Below the pieces are notes generated by a model. That model searched no databases. It had not been told where the DNA came from and was given only the letters and a program-made list of their open reading frames with translations. DNA of 64,000 nt from an uncultured Armatimonadetes bacterium. Lineage in GTDB: Bacteria; Armatimonadota; Hebobacteria; Hebobacterales; Hebobacteraceae. This document shows positions 10,311 through 20,386 of this stretch, one piece after another. Positions within the stretch are counted from its first letter, which is position 1, and each line of letters starts with the position of its first letter. The stretch is from positions 4,352,001 through 4,416,000 of the forward strand of contig OY970296.1 of the NCBI GenBank assembly GCA_963716175.1, written 5' to 3'. Position numbers and translations under genes: made by a program.

Positions 10311-11291
10311 TCACCCCTGGCCCAGCGAGGTGCATTGGATGCCCCGGAGCTTGCCGTAGCTCTGGTCCCAGCTCCTGGGGCTCTGGGCGATGATGGCGTT
10401 GGCGTCGAACCAGGCGGCATGGCCATCGGCGAATCCAAGGTTAGAGCCGCCCATGTGCCGCGTGAAGCGCTTGCCACTGGTGGGGTCTGTGTATAGCATC
10501 AGCGGGTAGCCTGGCGAACAGGACTGGGTGTCAGAGCAGTTGACCCAATCACCGGAGCAGCCGCAGTCCACCCGGCAGGCGTCGGCGAAGGCGTAGTTGC
10601 CAGGGAGATACTCCTCGCCCACACCGCAGTCGCCGCAGACCACATACCAGGATGGATCGTCGATCTGCGATGTCTTCAACTCCTTGCTGGAGTAACCAGA
10701 GACGCCGATGCTCTGCTCGAAGGCGCCGCTCTCCTGGCTGCCGCAGGCCTGCTGCGTGACGGAGTCGGTGACACTCCCTCCCCAGCCCGGCGGGAAGGCG
10801 GAGGTGCCCACGCAGGGGCCGCCGCCATCGCAGTTGCTGTTCCCCCAGCTCCCCTGGGTCTGCATCAGGAAACCCAGCCAGTCAGACCCAGGGACAATCC
10901 ATCCCGCGCTCTGTATGTGCTTCGCGCTGGGGCACCGCCAGACATCGCGGTTCTTCACGTACTCGTCCAGCACCACCGGCCACCGCAGATAGGGATTGGC
11001 CTGCCACACCTTGGGGCAGCCCTCATAGGGCTCGTCCCCACCACCGGGCGCGGTGTCGAAGAAGGCGATCGCGTCCGCCCGGTGTTCCGTCGGCGGGAAC
11101 CTGTCGTAGTCCGTCAGGTACATCTGAAAGGCGATGGCGATGTTCTTCACGTTCGACAGACACTGGATCTTCCGGGCCGACTCCCTTGCCCGCGCGAACA
11201 CGGGGAACAGCATCGCCGCCAGGATCGCGATAATCGCGATCACCACCAACAGCTCGATCAGCGTGAACCCTCTGCGCCGCCCTGCCGTCAT
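10311..11291 (-). CDS. Prepilin-type N-terminal cleavage/methylation protein with H-X9-DG domain (DUF1559-like)
   Basis: [33 protein letters not shown]; RHMGGSNLGFADGH; RBS AAGGAGG. Confidence 0.92.
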   Translation of the reverse strand: MTAGRRRGFTLIELLVVIAIIAILAAMLFPVFARARESARKIQCLSNVKNIAIAFQMYLTDYDRFPPTEHRADAIAFFDTAPGGGDEPYEGCPKVWQANPYLRWPVVLDEYVKNRDVWRCPSAKHIQSAGWIVPGSDWLGFLMQTQGSWGNSNCDGGGPCVGTSAFPPGWGGSVTDSVTQQACGSQESGAFEQSIGVSGYSSKELKTSQIDDPSWYVVCGDCGVGEEYLPGNYAFADACRVDCGCSGDWVNCSDTQSCSPGYPLMLYTDPTSGKRFTRHMGGSNLGFADGHAAWFDANAIIAQSPRSWDQSYGKLRGIQCTSLGQG

Positions 11292-11644
11292 CCTACACCT
11301 CCTTGCGAAACTCGATTGCGACCGACTCATGGAGCCGACGCGCACTGACCGCGCGTGCAAGACCCCGCTCCTCGCGGTTCCTCACTCACTGCCCGCAGCG
11401 ACGAACTCTCTGGTTCCCGGCCCCGGATGCCGCCGGTTCATGGTAGCACTGACGGGCCGTTCGGTCATTGTACAGGTGTGTGCGTTTCCTGTATCGGCGT
11501 CTGTTTGGGAGCGCCCGTCACTTGCGTCCGAGAGGCCGTGAACGGGGTAGAGGGCGCACCGGCGGCACGGCTGAGGCTGCGCCGAAGCCCTGGACGGAAG
11601 GGATGACAGCCTGTAGAATCGTGCTTGTGTCCAGATCGCTCCGA

Positions 11645-12610
11645 ATGTCGGGAACCGATGCCGCTTGGGTGGTCCTGGCGCGGCCAGACGACCATCACCT
11701 GTCTGCGGACACACCGATGTGGGTGGATGCGAAGTTCCTCGACCAACCCACGCCCCTCGATATGCACTTCCACAAGGGGATGGAGGTGGGCATTGTGGTG
11801 TCCGGGGAGCGCGAGATCCGCTTCGCCGACCTAGCCTTGCACCTTCATCCCGGCGACGTGTGGCTGTGCGCCATGTGGGAGCCACATGCCTTCCGGGTTC
11901 TCACCCCCGGGAGAGGCGTGAAGGTCATCTTCCTGCCAGAGATGCTGGAGGAGAAGGCGATGCCCGATATCGCCTGGCTGAGCATGTTCGCGGCCCCGCC
12001 TCGTGACCGGCCTTCGTCGTTCACGCCGGCCCTGCGCGATGCGGCGCTGGCCATCGGGCAAGAGTTGACCCGGGAGATCGAAGAACTCCGTGACGGCTGG
12101 CAGACCATGGTCCGCCAAGGGCTGATACGCTTGCTGGTGGTCTTGAGCCGTAGTTGGAGGAGCCCGGTCCAACCCAGCCGATCATCCGGGGTGGATGCCA
12201 ATGACCTGGCTCGCATCATGCCGGCCCTGGCGCTGGCGAACTCCGACTTGAGGCGGCGCGTCGAAGCGCAGGAGGCGGCCGCCTCCTGCGGCCTCAGCCG
12301 CTCGTGGTTCCATCGCATTTTCCGTCACACCATGGGGCTGAGCTTCGGAGCATTCCGGCTCCGCGCCCGACTTGGCTTCGTGGCGCGTCAGCTCCTCACC
12401 ACAAGCCGGTCAATCGAGGCCGTTGCAGAGGAGAGCGGGTTCGTTGACGGCAGCCATTTGCACCGCGTCTTCGTGCGAAGCTACGGATGCACGCCGGCCC
12501 AGTACCGTCGCATGCACGTGCGCGGGCGGGAGGCCTACGCCTCGCAACTGGCACCAGACCTGGCGGACGTGCCGTCGCTGGGGAGCGGGGGCCGCGGGCC
12601 CAACTACTGA
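11645..12610 (+). CDS. AraC-family transcriptional regulator
   Basis: Cupin sensor (MHFHKGMEVG, WEPH) plus C-terminal double HTH (SGFVDGSHLHRVFVRSYGCTPAQYR). Start uncertain (11603 or 11645). Confidence 0.88.
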   Translation: MSGTDAAWVVLARPDDHHLSADTPMWVDAKFLDQPTPLDMHFHKGMEVGIVVSGEREIRFADLALHLHPGDVWLCAMWEPHAFRVLTPGRGVKVIFLPEMLEEKAMPDIAWLSMFAAPPRDRPSSFTPALRDAALAIGQELTREIEELRDGWQTMVRQGLIRLLVVLSRSWRSPVQPSRSSGVDANDLARIMPALALANSDLRRRVEAQEAAASCGLSRSWFHRIFRHTMGLSFGAFRLRARLGFVARQLLTTSRSIEAVAEESGFVDGSHLHRVFVRSYGCTPAQYRRMHVRGREAYASQLAPDLADVPSLGSGGRGPNY

Positions 12611-12812
12611 CGTTCGCGCAATGAAGTAACATTGCGCGAACGTCTTTCCCCAGGCATTTCCTGGCTTTTTCATGAATGTCGCCCATTACTTCTTTGGGCG
12701 ACATTCATTAGTGGGTTTCGCCAGACAAAGTAATGGCGAAACCCAGCCAGGAGACGCTCGAACGGGCACACGGGCCGGGCGAGCCGTTACTTCGTTGTGC
12801 GAGCGTCTATAG
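12604..12812. mobile_element. Two tandem double-hairpin miniature inverted-repeat elements (12604-12711 and 12708-12812)
   Basis: Each has inverted 26-nt ends matching YTAnnGRnnnTCGCnnRAnRAAGTAA; they share the TA at 12709-12710; third copy at 23655. Confidence 0.7.
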
Positions 12813-12814
12813 GA

Positions 12815-15127
12815 TCAGCGCGAGGCCGGCTGGTGCCGCGCCAGGCCCGGGAGGACAGCGAATCCGGGCAGACTCAGGTATCCCTGCGATTCCCCGCAGA
12901 CATCAATCCGGTAGATAGGGTCATATAGCAGGCAGAGTCGCCGGTCGGTCGCGGGGATAGTCGTAGTGTAGATGCGCAGCTCACCTGGCAGGGAAGTGAT
13001 GATCTCCTCGCGCCAGTCGCCCAGGATGTCCGCCACGGCCAGCACCTTGCCTTCAATGACGGGCTCAAGCTCCGTCCCGCGGAGGTAGTTCATGAGCCGC
13101 CTGGTGCTGTCATCACGCCGGCTGATCTCGCGCTGGCCGTCGGCGTCCCAGTAGGCGGCGAGCGGTTCCCACTCCTCGTTCGAGAGTAGTCTGCCCTGAG
13201 CACTCAAGAGCCAGTACCTCTTCAGCTCAGGGTCATAGCCGAAGAACTCAACGCCGGCATGTCTGGAGTCCACATCTGCTGACAAACCGGAGTCGAGGTG
13301 CTCAGTCTTCTCCTCTAGACCCCATAGGATCTTCCCGGTCCTCGCGTCGAGCTGACACATGCCATTCCGCTTCTTCGGTTCCTCGCAGCCCAACTGGATC
13401 TCCAGCCCAGGCCGATTCGGGTCGAGGTTGCCCACACTGACATGGTCGGGGTGCGCCAGACCGGATGACCATAGGCCGGTGCCGTTATCGTCAATCACGG
13501 CCGCGCCGATGATCACCTCGTCGCGGCCATCGCCGTCCACATCGGCGGCGTGGAGACAGTGGGCGCCCTGCCCACTATAGGTGAGGCCCTCTTCCTCGCG
13601 TTCGTTCCAGCGCCACAGCTCGCGCAGGCCACGGCCGTCGAACTCGTACGCGAGCAGGTACATGGTGTCATAGCTGCCGCGCTGCACGATCAGGCAGGGG
13701 GTCTTGCCGTCCAGGTAGGCGATGCCGAGTTGATTGCGGCCAACGCGGTCGAACGAGTAGAATCCCTCCCGTGGAGGCCACGCGGCCCGCGCCCTCTCCT
13801 TCCCCGTCCTGCCGTCCAGCACGACCAGGTACTCCGGGCCACTCTCCGCCCGGCCCTCCGCGTCACGAGGATCGCCCTCGCCGATCCTCAGCGCCACCTC
13901 GGCGGCTCCGTCGCCATCCAGATCGTAGACGACGAAGGGCGAATACCATACTCCCATCTCGATCGCCCAGCCCATGTCATAGCGCCATAACAGCGTGCCG
14001 TCTTGGCGGTACGCTTCCAGCTTGTAGGTGTCCGGACTGGGCCGCCAGCCGCCGTCAATCCAGGGGTCGAGGCTGAGGCCCGGCTGTTTGATCACATACT
14101 CGTACCGGCCATCGCCGTCCAGGTCACCCACCCCGACCTTCGACGCGGCATAGTCGCCCGCGAACCTGATGGAGATGTATGGCTGGCCTTCAGGCGACGG
14201 AGTCGCGCTGCTGACCTCAGAGGAAGAGCCTTCCGCACCGTCCACTAGCGAGCGGACGAAATACGCCGATTCGCCTTCAGATGGATTGGGATCAACGAAG
14301 TCGGTGGTGGCGTGCACCGGTTGGCCGTTGAGCCGCACCGCTGGCGAGCTGCCTGTGCGGCGGTAGACATTGAACGCCACCTCGTCTGGATCAGTTGGCA
14401 GCAGCCGCCACCCCACATATACGCGCTTCCCCGGCATTGGCAGCGCCACCACGCCGCGGTCCAGTCTCTCTCGAACGCGGTGTCGCGCGAACCCCTCAAC
14501 CGGAGGCTTGCTCACCTTCGCCTGGCGGAGGATCCCAGGCTGCACCTCCACATCATCCAGGAACAGATCGGTGTTGTAGCTGCCCTGGAAACGGACCTGA
14601 ATGCCGGAGCATCCGCTGGGCACAGCGATCACTACCCGGAACTGCTGCCAGTCGCTCTTGGCGATCAGCATATCCTTGCCCAGGCTGCCCGTCTCCACTC
14701 CGTCACCGTCGAGCGCCATCACGCTTATCCAGACGATCCCGCACATGAACCCGGTGCGGCCTTTCATCCACGCGGTGACGGTATAGGGCTGACCTGTCGC
14801 CACGGAGATGGGCTCTGAGGTGAGCGTCCACTTGCTCTCGCCCGAGTCCGTCTCCGGTATCTGCCAGTGAACGTGCAGCGAGTGGCCGCCGTTGCGCGCC
14901 TGGTGCGAGATCGCGGCCTGAGGCTCCCCTTTGGCGATGCGGGTTTCGTCATAGGGCGGCCTCGGATGCGTAGACTTGAGCGTCCATCCGGGAAGTCCGC
15001 CCTCGCCGTCTTCGAACCCTCCATTGACGACCCTGGGAGGCGCAGGGGCCATGCCGCCGCTGGCGGCCAATGCGAGACCCATGGTACCCAGTTGGAGGAC
15101 TGCCAGCAGAATCAGATGCTCGGACAT
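12815..15127 (-). CDS. Rhamnogalacturonan lyase (PL11-like) with N-terminal carbohydrate-binding domain
   Basis: Signal peptide, NGGFEDG CBM-like module, ERLDRGVVAL, VGWRLL, repeated DxDGDG Ca motifs, GQGAH, DILGDWREE, DPIYR. Confidence 0.88.
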   Translation of the reverse strand: MSEHLILLAVLQLGTMGLALAASGGMAPAPPRVVNGGFEDGEGGLPGWTLKSTHPRPPYDETRIAKGEPQAAISHQARNGGHSLHVHWQIPETDSGESKWTLTSEPISVATGQPYTVTAWMKGRTGFMCGIVWISVMALDGDGVETGSLGKDMLIAKSDWQQFRVVIAVPSGCSGIQVRFQGSYNTDLFLDDVEVQPGILRQAKVSKPPVEGFARHRVRERLDRGVVALPMPGKRVYVGWRLLPTDPDEVAFNVYRRTGSSPAVRLNGQPVHATTDFVDPNPSEGESAYFVRSLVDGAEGSSSEVSSATPSPEGQPYISIRFAGDYAASKVGVGDLDGDGRYEYVIKQPGLSLDPWIDGGWRPSPDTYKLEAYRQDGTLLWRYDMGWAIEMGVWYSPFVVYDLDGDGAAEVALRIGEGDPRDAEGRAESGPEYLVVLDGRTGKERARAAWPPREGFYSFDRVGRNQLGIAYLDGKTPCLIVQRGSYDTMYLLAYEFDGRGLRELWRWNEREEEGLTYSGQGAHCLHAADVDGDGRDEVIIGAAVIDDNGTGLWSSGLAHPDHVSVGNLDPNRPGLEIQLGCEEPKKRNGMCQLDARTGKILWGLEEKTEHLDSGLSADVDSRHAGVEFFGYDPELKRYWLLSAQGRLLSNEEWEPLAAYWDADGQREISRRDDSTRRLMNYLRGTELEPVIEGKVLAVADILGDWREEIITSLPGELRIYTTTIPATDRRLCLLYDPIYRIDVCGESQGYLSLPGFAVLPGLARHQPASR

Positions 15128-15169
15128 AGACGCTCCTTGCCAGAGAGAACGCAGAACGCGATGACCGCG

Positions 15170-15218
15170 GTGGCAGGAGCTGCCGCTCTTGCCCAATAGC
15201 CGCGGCTCCTGCCCGACA
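15170..15218. repeat. REP-like palindrome GTGGCAGGAGC-TGCC-GCTCTTGCCCAA plus an extra arm
   Basis: Matches the copies at 20344 and 23773. Confidence 0.65.
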
Positions 15219-15231
15219 TCCGATAGGCTGC

Positions 15232-17313
15232 TCAGGACTTCAGCGCCGCCAACACCTGCTCTGACGACAACGGCATCTCCCGCAACCGCTTGCCTGTGGC
15301 ATCGAATATGGCGTTCCCAACCGCCGCCGAGATCGGGAAAACGGCGGGCTCACCGGCGCCTTCTGGGGCATGTGTCGGGTTCGGAACCAGCACGGTCTCG
15401 ATCTTGGGGGCATCGCGAATCGTGGGCACCGGATAGAGCGAGTAGCGGTCGGTCAGAATCCTGCCATCTTCGTAGCGCACCATCTCCCGCAGCGCAGGGC
15501 CGAGGCCCATGATGATGGCGCCCTCGATCTGGTTCGTGATGCCATCGGGGTTGATGATGAGCCCGCTCTCGTGAGCCACCACCACTCGCGAGACGTGGAC
15601 GAGACCGGTGCTCTTGTCCACCTCCGCCTCCACGATCTGGGCGACCTTCGAGCCCACGTCAATCCCGCAGGCGAACCCGATTCCCTTCCCGGTGGGAGCG
15701 CGCCTCGGGGTCCAGCCGTAGGCCTCGGCCGCGGCCCGCACGGTGGCGGCCAGGCGCGGGTCATTTGACAGGTGCTTCAGCCGGAACTCGACCGGGTCCT
15801 GGCCCAGCGCGCTGGCCATCTCGTCCATGTGCGATTCGATGGCGAACGTGTTCGCCGACCCCGCCAGGCCGCGCCACGCTCCCTGGGCCAGCGGCGAATC
15901 GCATTCGAATGTCCGCACCCGCCGGTTGGCGAAAGCATACGGCGGCTCCGCTCCCCGGTCGCCGCAGTTGTAGATATCGCAGTCCCAGGCCGTGATGGTT
16001 CCGCTGCTATCCACCCCACATCGAATGTCAATCAGCGCCGCCGGCTTGAAGTAGTTCCAGGTCAGCTCCTCTGCCCGCGTCTGGCTCACCATGACGGGCT
16101 TTCCCACCGCGCGAGCCAGCCGCGCGGCCGCGATCGCCAGATCCGCGTTGGTCTTCCCGCCGAACCCGCCGCCAACCCGCGGCACCGCGATGCGAACCTG
16201 CTTGGGCGACAAGCCCAGCGCCTCCGCCACCTCGTCCCGCTGCATGAACGGCGCCTGAGTGTTGGAGTAGACGGTTAAGTCTCGGCCCTCCCAGAGTGCC
16301 AGCGCAACGTGTGGTTCCACCGGCGCATGGGCCACGAACGCAGTGCGGTAGGTGGCACGGAATTGGCGCTTGGCGCCTTCGAACTCGGACGCCGCCGCGC
16401 CCTCCTCCACCACCGTGTCCTCCGGTTTCGCCGTTGCCCGGAAGTCGTCCCACAGGGATGCCATGGAGGGCTGAGGCTTCTTCTCCCAATCGGCCTTGAC
16501 CAGCTCTCGCGCTTGCCTCGCGATCTCAGGCCGCTCCCCCACGATGCCCAGGAACTCCCCCTCGCGCACCACCTTCACCACTCCGGCGGCCTTCTCCGCC
16601 TGCGAGGCGTCAGCGCTTCTCAGCCGCGCGCCGAACGACGGTGGGTACAGCACGGCGCCGTAAAGCATGCCCGGCAGCCGGAGATCGGCGACGAACTGCT
16701 CTTTGCCCGTCACCACACTGCGGCCATCAACCCTGGGCACCGAAGTCCCGACCACGCGATACTCGGTCACCGGGCGCAGCTTGGGCTCACCCTTCAGCGT
16801 GCGCTCGATCTCCTTCCCCTGGGTCAGCTCACCCAGGGACACGGACTGGGCCGGATCGTAGGCGAGTAAGATGCGGCCATCGCTGACTACCAGCGCCTGC
16901 GTGGCCACCCCCCACTTCTCCGCCGCCATTTCGACCAGCAGATCGCGCGCCTGGGCAGCCGCCGCTCGCAGCGCCACTCCCTCCTCCCTCACGCTCTCGC
17001 TTCCCCATGTCCCATCGGCGAAGGGCGTGCGGCCAGTGTCGCCCATCACCACCTCTACCGAGGAGAGTGGCAGCGTCAACTCCTCTGCCACCATCTGAGC
17101 AAACGCGGTCTTGGTGCCCTCCCCCATCTCGACCTTGCCCGTGAACACCGTGGCCGTGTTGTCAGGAGCGATGCGCAGGTAGGCGTTGAAGTTGATCGCC
17201 TCCTCGGATTCCTCGCCGGCGCGAGCCAGGCTCCCAGGGAGGGTGAAGAACACGACCAGGCCGCCGGTGAGGCCGAGGAACTCTCTCCGGGTCAGTCCCG
17301 TCTTGCTGTCCAT
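15232..17313 (-). CDS. Xanthine dehydrogenase family molybdopterin-binding subunit (IorB-like), Tat-exported
   Basis: TRREFL Tat motif, KVEMGEG, GGGFGGK, WRG, NQIEG, GAGEP. Confidence 0.9.
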   Translation of the reverse strand: MDSKTGLTRREFLGLTGGLVVFFTLPGSLARAGEESEEAINFNAYLRIAPDNTATVFTGKVEMGEGTKTAFAQMVAEELTLPLSSVEVVMGDTGRTPFADGTWGSESVREEGVALRAAAAQARDLLVEMAAEKWGVATQALVVSDGRILLAYDPAQSVSLGELTQGKEIERTLKGEPKLRPVTEYRVVGTSVPRVDGRSVVTGKEQFVADLRLPGMLYGAVLYPPSFGARLRSADASQAEKAAGVVKVVREGEFLGIVGERPEIARQARELVKADWEKKPQPSMASLWDDFRATAKPEDTVVEEGAAASEFEGAKRQFRATYRTAFVAHAPVEPHVALALWEGRDLTVYSNTQAPFMQRDEVAEALGLSPKQVRIAVPRVGGGFGGKTNADLAIAAARLARAVGKPVMVSQTRAEELTWNYFKPAALIDIRCGVDSSGTITAWDCDIYNCGDRGAEPPYAFANRRVRTFECDSPLAQGAWRGLAGSANTFAIESHMDEMASALGQDPVEFRLKHLSNDPRLAATVRAAAEAYGWTPRRAPTGKGIGFACGIDVGSKVAQIVEAEVDKSTGLVHVSRVVVAHESGLIINPDGITNQIEGAIIMGLGPALREMVRYEDGRILTDRYSLYPVPTIRDAPKIETVLVPNPTHAPEGAGEPAVFPISAAVGNAIFDATGKRLREMPLSSEQVLAALKS

Positions 17314-17322
17314 GGCTCTCCC

Positions 17323-17805
17323 CTATCCCGACATTCTCTCGGCTGCAAGCCGCACTGCCCGGACGACGCGTGCGTAGGTGGCGCAACGACAGAGATTGCC
17401 CGCCAGCGCCTCCCGGATCTCAGCCTCCTGGGGGTGCGGATTCCGCTGGAGCAGATCCACGGCAGTCATGATCATGCCCGGGGTGCAGTAACCGCACTGG
17501 AAGGCCTGGGTCTCGAGAAACGCCTCCTGCACCGGGTGCAGGCCCTGCTCGCCGCCCAGGCCCTCGACAGTAGTCACCGAGCGGCCGGCCACGGCCGACA
17601 TCGGGAGGACACAGGAGCGAACCGCGCGCCCATCCAGCAGCACCGTGCAGCTCCCGCACTCACCCGCGCCGCATCCGTACTTGGTCCCGGTCAACCCCAG
17701 ATCATCGCGGAGTACATTCAGCAGACTCTGCGACCCTGGCGCCTTGACGGAGTGCTCGACCCCGTTCACCCGGAAGACAATGGTTTCGCCGCTTTCTGCC
17801 ATCAT
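17323..17805 (-). CDS. (2Fe-2S)-binding small subunit (IorA/CoxS-like)
   Basis: [31 protein letters not shown]. Confidence 0.93.
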   Translation of the reverse strand: MMAESGETIVFRVNGVEHSVKAPGSQSLLNVLRDDLGLTGTKYGCGAGECGSCTVLLDGRAVRSCVLPMSAVAGRSVTTVEGLGGEQGLHPVQEAFLETQAFQCGYCTPGMIMTAVDLLQRNPHPQEAEIREALAGNLCRCATYARVVRAVRLAAERMSG

Positions 17806-18029
17806 CTACCTCTCCCGGCAAATCTCGCGCACCGAAGCAGCAGTCCGGTTCTGCGTGGTTTCGGGTTTCTCCTCGCGCGATCCCCGAAGTGCAGGCAGGA
17901 AGCCACTGCCATAGCGAGAAGTCAGCTATGGGGGGGCGCGCGAAGCCGCAGTCGCCACCTATGAGCGTGGGGCTGCGGCAGGGCTCAACGGCGCCCAGCG
18001 GGTTCGAAACCGAGCGACCCAGCAGGGTG

Positions 18030-20306
18030 ATGACGATGTGCGATAGGCGTCTCGCTCTTCAGCTCCGCGCCACCAGACGTTGGCCGGCATGGTCTTGGGC
18101 GGCGACGGCGCTGCTCGTGGCAGTCGCGCTTCCGGCGCTGGCTACAGACGGCCATTCGGGGTCTGCGCAGCCGGCTGCATCCCCCGAGAGGTCGCCAGGG
18201 GACGACCTGATCCCGTTCTGCAGCAAGGACCTCTTCCTCCTGGGTATGAACTACCCTTATATCAACTACGGGCACGACTTCGGCACCTCTGCGTGGGGGC
18301 ACGACGGAGCGAGCGCCCCTCTTGCCGGATGGTGGGAGGAGCAGACCTACAGCGACAGCCAGGGGATCACGAAGGTGGTGCGCTCATCGGAGCAAGCGCA
18401 TACCGGCAAGCATTCGCTGAAGCTCATCGCCAATCTCGTCGGCAGCGACCCTCATCTCAGCATGGGCGAGGCCTTCGTGGACCTGACCTACCACCCGCCG
18501 CCCGGTGTGTCTGCGCCAGTGAACCTGGAAGGGGTGACGCTGCGGTGCTGGGTGTACGCGCCGGAGAACAGCGGGGGCGACCCAGATCGCCCCAATGGTC
18601 TCCAGCTCTTCGCCCAGGACGAGAACTGGAACAGCGAGTACGGCACCTGGGCTAACATCGAGGCCGGGCAGTGGAACGAGATCACCCTGACGCCGGGCCG
18701 TCGGAGTCCGGCTGAGGGGTGGATGGACGCCGGCTTTGATCCCACGCGCATTGCGGCAGTCGGCCTCAAGGTGGGCATCGGCGACGACTCATCGGCCCGC
18801 TTCCAGGGCGCGTTCTACCTGGACTCCTTCACCGTGGGCGACAGCACGTGGTTTGACTTCGAGGACCCCTCCGTCGCCGAGGTGGACTTCCAGGAGATGG
18901 CCCGCCACGGCATTCGGGCTGTTCGCTGGTTCGTCTTAGCCGACGGGACGGCCTCTCCTGAGTTCGACCAGAGCGGCATGGTGACCGGGTTCGATCCCTA
19001 CTTCTTCGATGACATGGACGCCGCCCTGGAAGCGGCGCGGGAGAAGGGGATTTACCTGGTGCTCTCGCTCTTCGATTTCTACCTCTGCGATACCGCGAGG
19101 ATAGAAGATGGCGTGCAGTTGGGCGGGCACTCCGATCTGATCACGGATCCCGCCAAGAGGCAATCCTTGATTGACCGAGCGCTGAAGCCGATGCTGGCGC
19201 GCTACGGCGGGGACCCGCAGATTCTGGCCTGGGAGATCATCAACGAGCCGGAATGGGCAATGGCGATCCCAGGTGGGCAGAGCGTGGGACACCCCGTGTC
19301 CCAAGAGGCGATGCAGGACTTCGTGCGCGTGATCGCGCAGACCATCAAAGAGAGCACCGCGTCTCAGTTGGTCACGGTGGGCAGCGCCTCCAGGAAATGG
19401 CTGGGGCTGTGGAAGGGCACAGGCTTGGACTTCTACCAGTACCACTACTACGATTGGATGGAGAGCGAAACACCGCTCGCTGTTGCCTTTGAGCAGTTAG
19501 GCGTGGACAAGCCGTGCATTCTGGGAGAGTTCCCCACCGCGCTGAGCGCAATCAGCACTGCCGGGTATCTGGAGAAGGCCTGGTCGAACGGCCTCGCGGG
19601 TGCGCTCGGGTGGTCTTACCGGGGAGAGGACGAGTTCTCGGTTCCGAGAGAGCAGTTCTCAGCACTCGTGGCGCCATCATTTCGGCAATGGAGACAGGCG
19701 CATCTCGATGTGCCGGTGGATATGGCGACGTTCGCCGACGTGCCATGCAACCACTGGGCCCTCCCTGAGGTGGAGGCGATCTACCGGGCAGGCATCACTG
19801 TCGGGTACCCCGATGGCCTGTACCACCCGGCCGACCCGGTCACCCGCGCTCAGATGGCAGTCTACATTTCACGCGCGCTGGAGGGCGGCGACGAGTACGT
19901 GCCCAGTCATCCCGCGCAGGTTTCCTTCCCGGACGTTCCCGCTGACTCCTGGGCGTACAAGTACGTCGAATGCGCGAGCGCCGAGCAGATAGTGACGGGC
20001 TACCCCGACGGGACCTATCAGCCCAACGTGCCCCTGGATCGGGGCCAGATGGCGGCCTTCATCGCCCGCGCCATGGTGACACCCACCGACCGGCCCGACC
20101 TGCCGAGCTACCCGCCTCCCCCGAGCCCCACCTTCCCTGACGTCACGCCCGAGAACGAATGGCAGTGGGCCTACAGACACGTGGAGTACATCGCCGAGCA
20201 AGGCGTGGCCAGAGGCTACCCGGACGGCCTCTATCACCCGGAGCGCACCTGCACGCGGGATCAGATGGCGGCGTACATCGCGAGGGCCTTTCGGCTGCCG
20301 ATGTAG
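18030..20306 (+). CDS. Secreted GH5-like glycoside hydrolase with inserted CBM-like domain and three C-terminal SLH domains
   Basis: LGMNYP, WEIINEPE (acid/base), ILGEF (nucleophile); SLH repeats GYPDG...TRAQMA. Start approximate. Confidence 0.85.
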   Translation: MTMCDRRLALQLRATRRWPAWSWAATALLVAVALPALATDGHSGSAQPAASPERSPGDDLIPFCSKDLFLLGMNYPYINYGHDFGTSAWGHDGASAPLAGWWEEQTYSDSQGITKVVRSSEQAHTGKHSLKLIANLVGSDPHLSMGEAFVDLTYHPPPGVSAPVNLEGVTLRCWVYAPENSGGDPDRPNGLQLFAQDENWNSEYGTWANIEAGQWNEITLTPGRRSPAEGWMDAGFDPTRIAAVGLKVGIGDDSSARFQGAFYLDSFTVGDSTWFDFEDPSVAEVDFQEMARHGIRAVRWFVLADGTASPEFDQSGMVTGFDPYFFDDMDAALEAAREKGIYLVLSLFDFYLCDTARIEDGVQLGGHSDLITDPAKRQSLIDRALKPMLARYGGDPQILAWEIINEPEWAMAIPGGQSVGHPVSQEAMQDFVRVIAQTIKESTASQLVTVGSASRKWLGLWKGTGLDFYQYHYYDWMESETPLAVAFEQLGVDKPCILGEFPTALSAISTAGYLEKAWSNGLAGALGWSYRGEDEFSVPREQFSALVAPSFRQWRQAHLDVPVDMATFADVPCNHWALPEVEAIYRAGITVGYPDGLYHPADPVTRAQMAVYISRALEGGDEYVPSHPAQVSFPDVPADSWAYKYVECASAEQIVTGYPDGTYQPNVPLDRGQMAAFIARAMVTPTDRPDLPSYPPPPSPTFPDVTPENEWQWAYRHVEYIAEQGVARGYPDGLYHPERTCTRDQMAAYIARAFRLPM

Positions 20307-20327
20307 CAGAGCACCCGCACTGGGTGT

Positions 20328-20386
20328 GGTAGGAGCTGCTATGGTGGCAGGAGCTGCCGCTCCTGCCCAACATATAGGCTCCTGCT
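20328..20386. repeat. Nested REP-like palindrome (GTGGCAGGAGC-TGCC-GCTCCTGCCCAACA) between convergent genes
   Basis: Inner 9-bp stem at 20346-20367 with outer GGAGC/GCTCC arms. Confidence 0.7.

Noticed and set aside
12604-12812. CRISPR array or integron attC sites
   Set aside because: The units alternate in orientation, are not identical direct repeats, and lack RYYYAAC/GTTRRRY ends; no cas or integrase gene is in the window.
17806-18029. Moco riboswitch upstream of the molybdoenzyme
   Set aside because: I could not match the conserved Moco RNA elements by eye; a covariance search would be needed.
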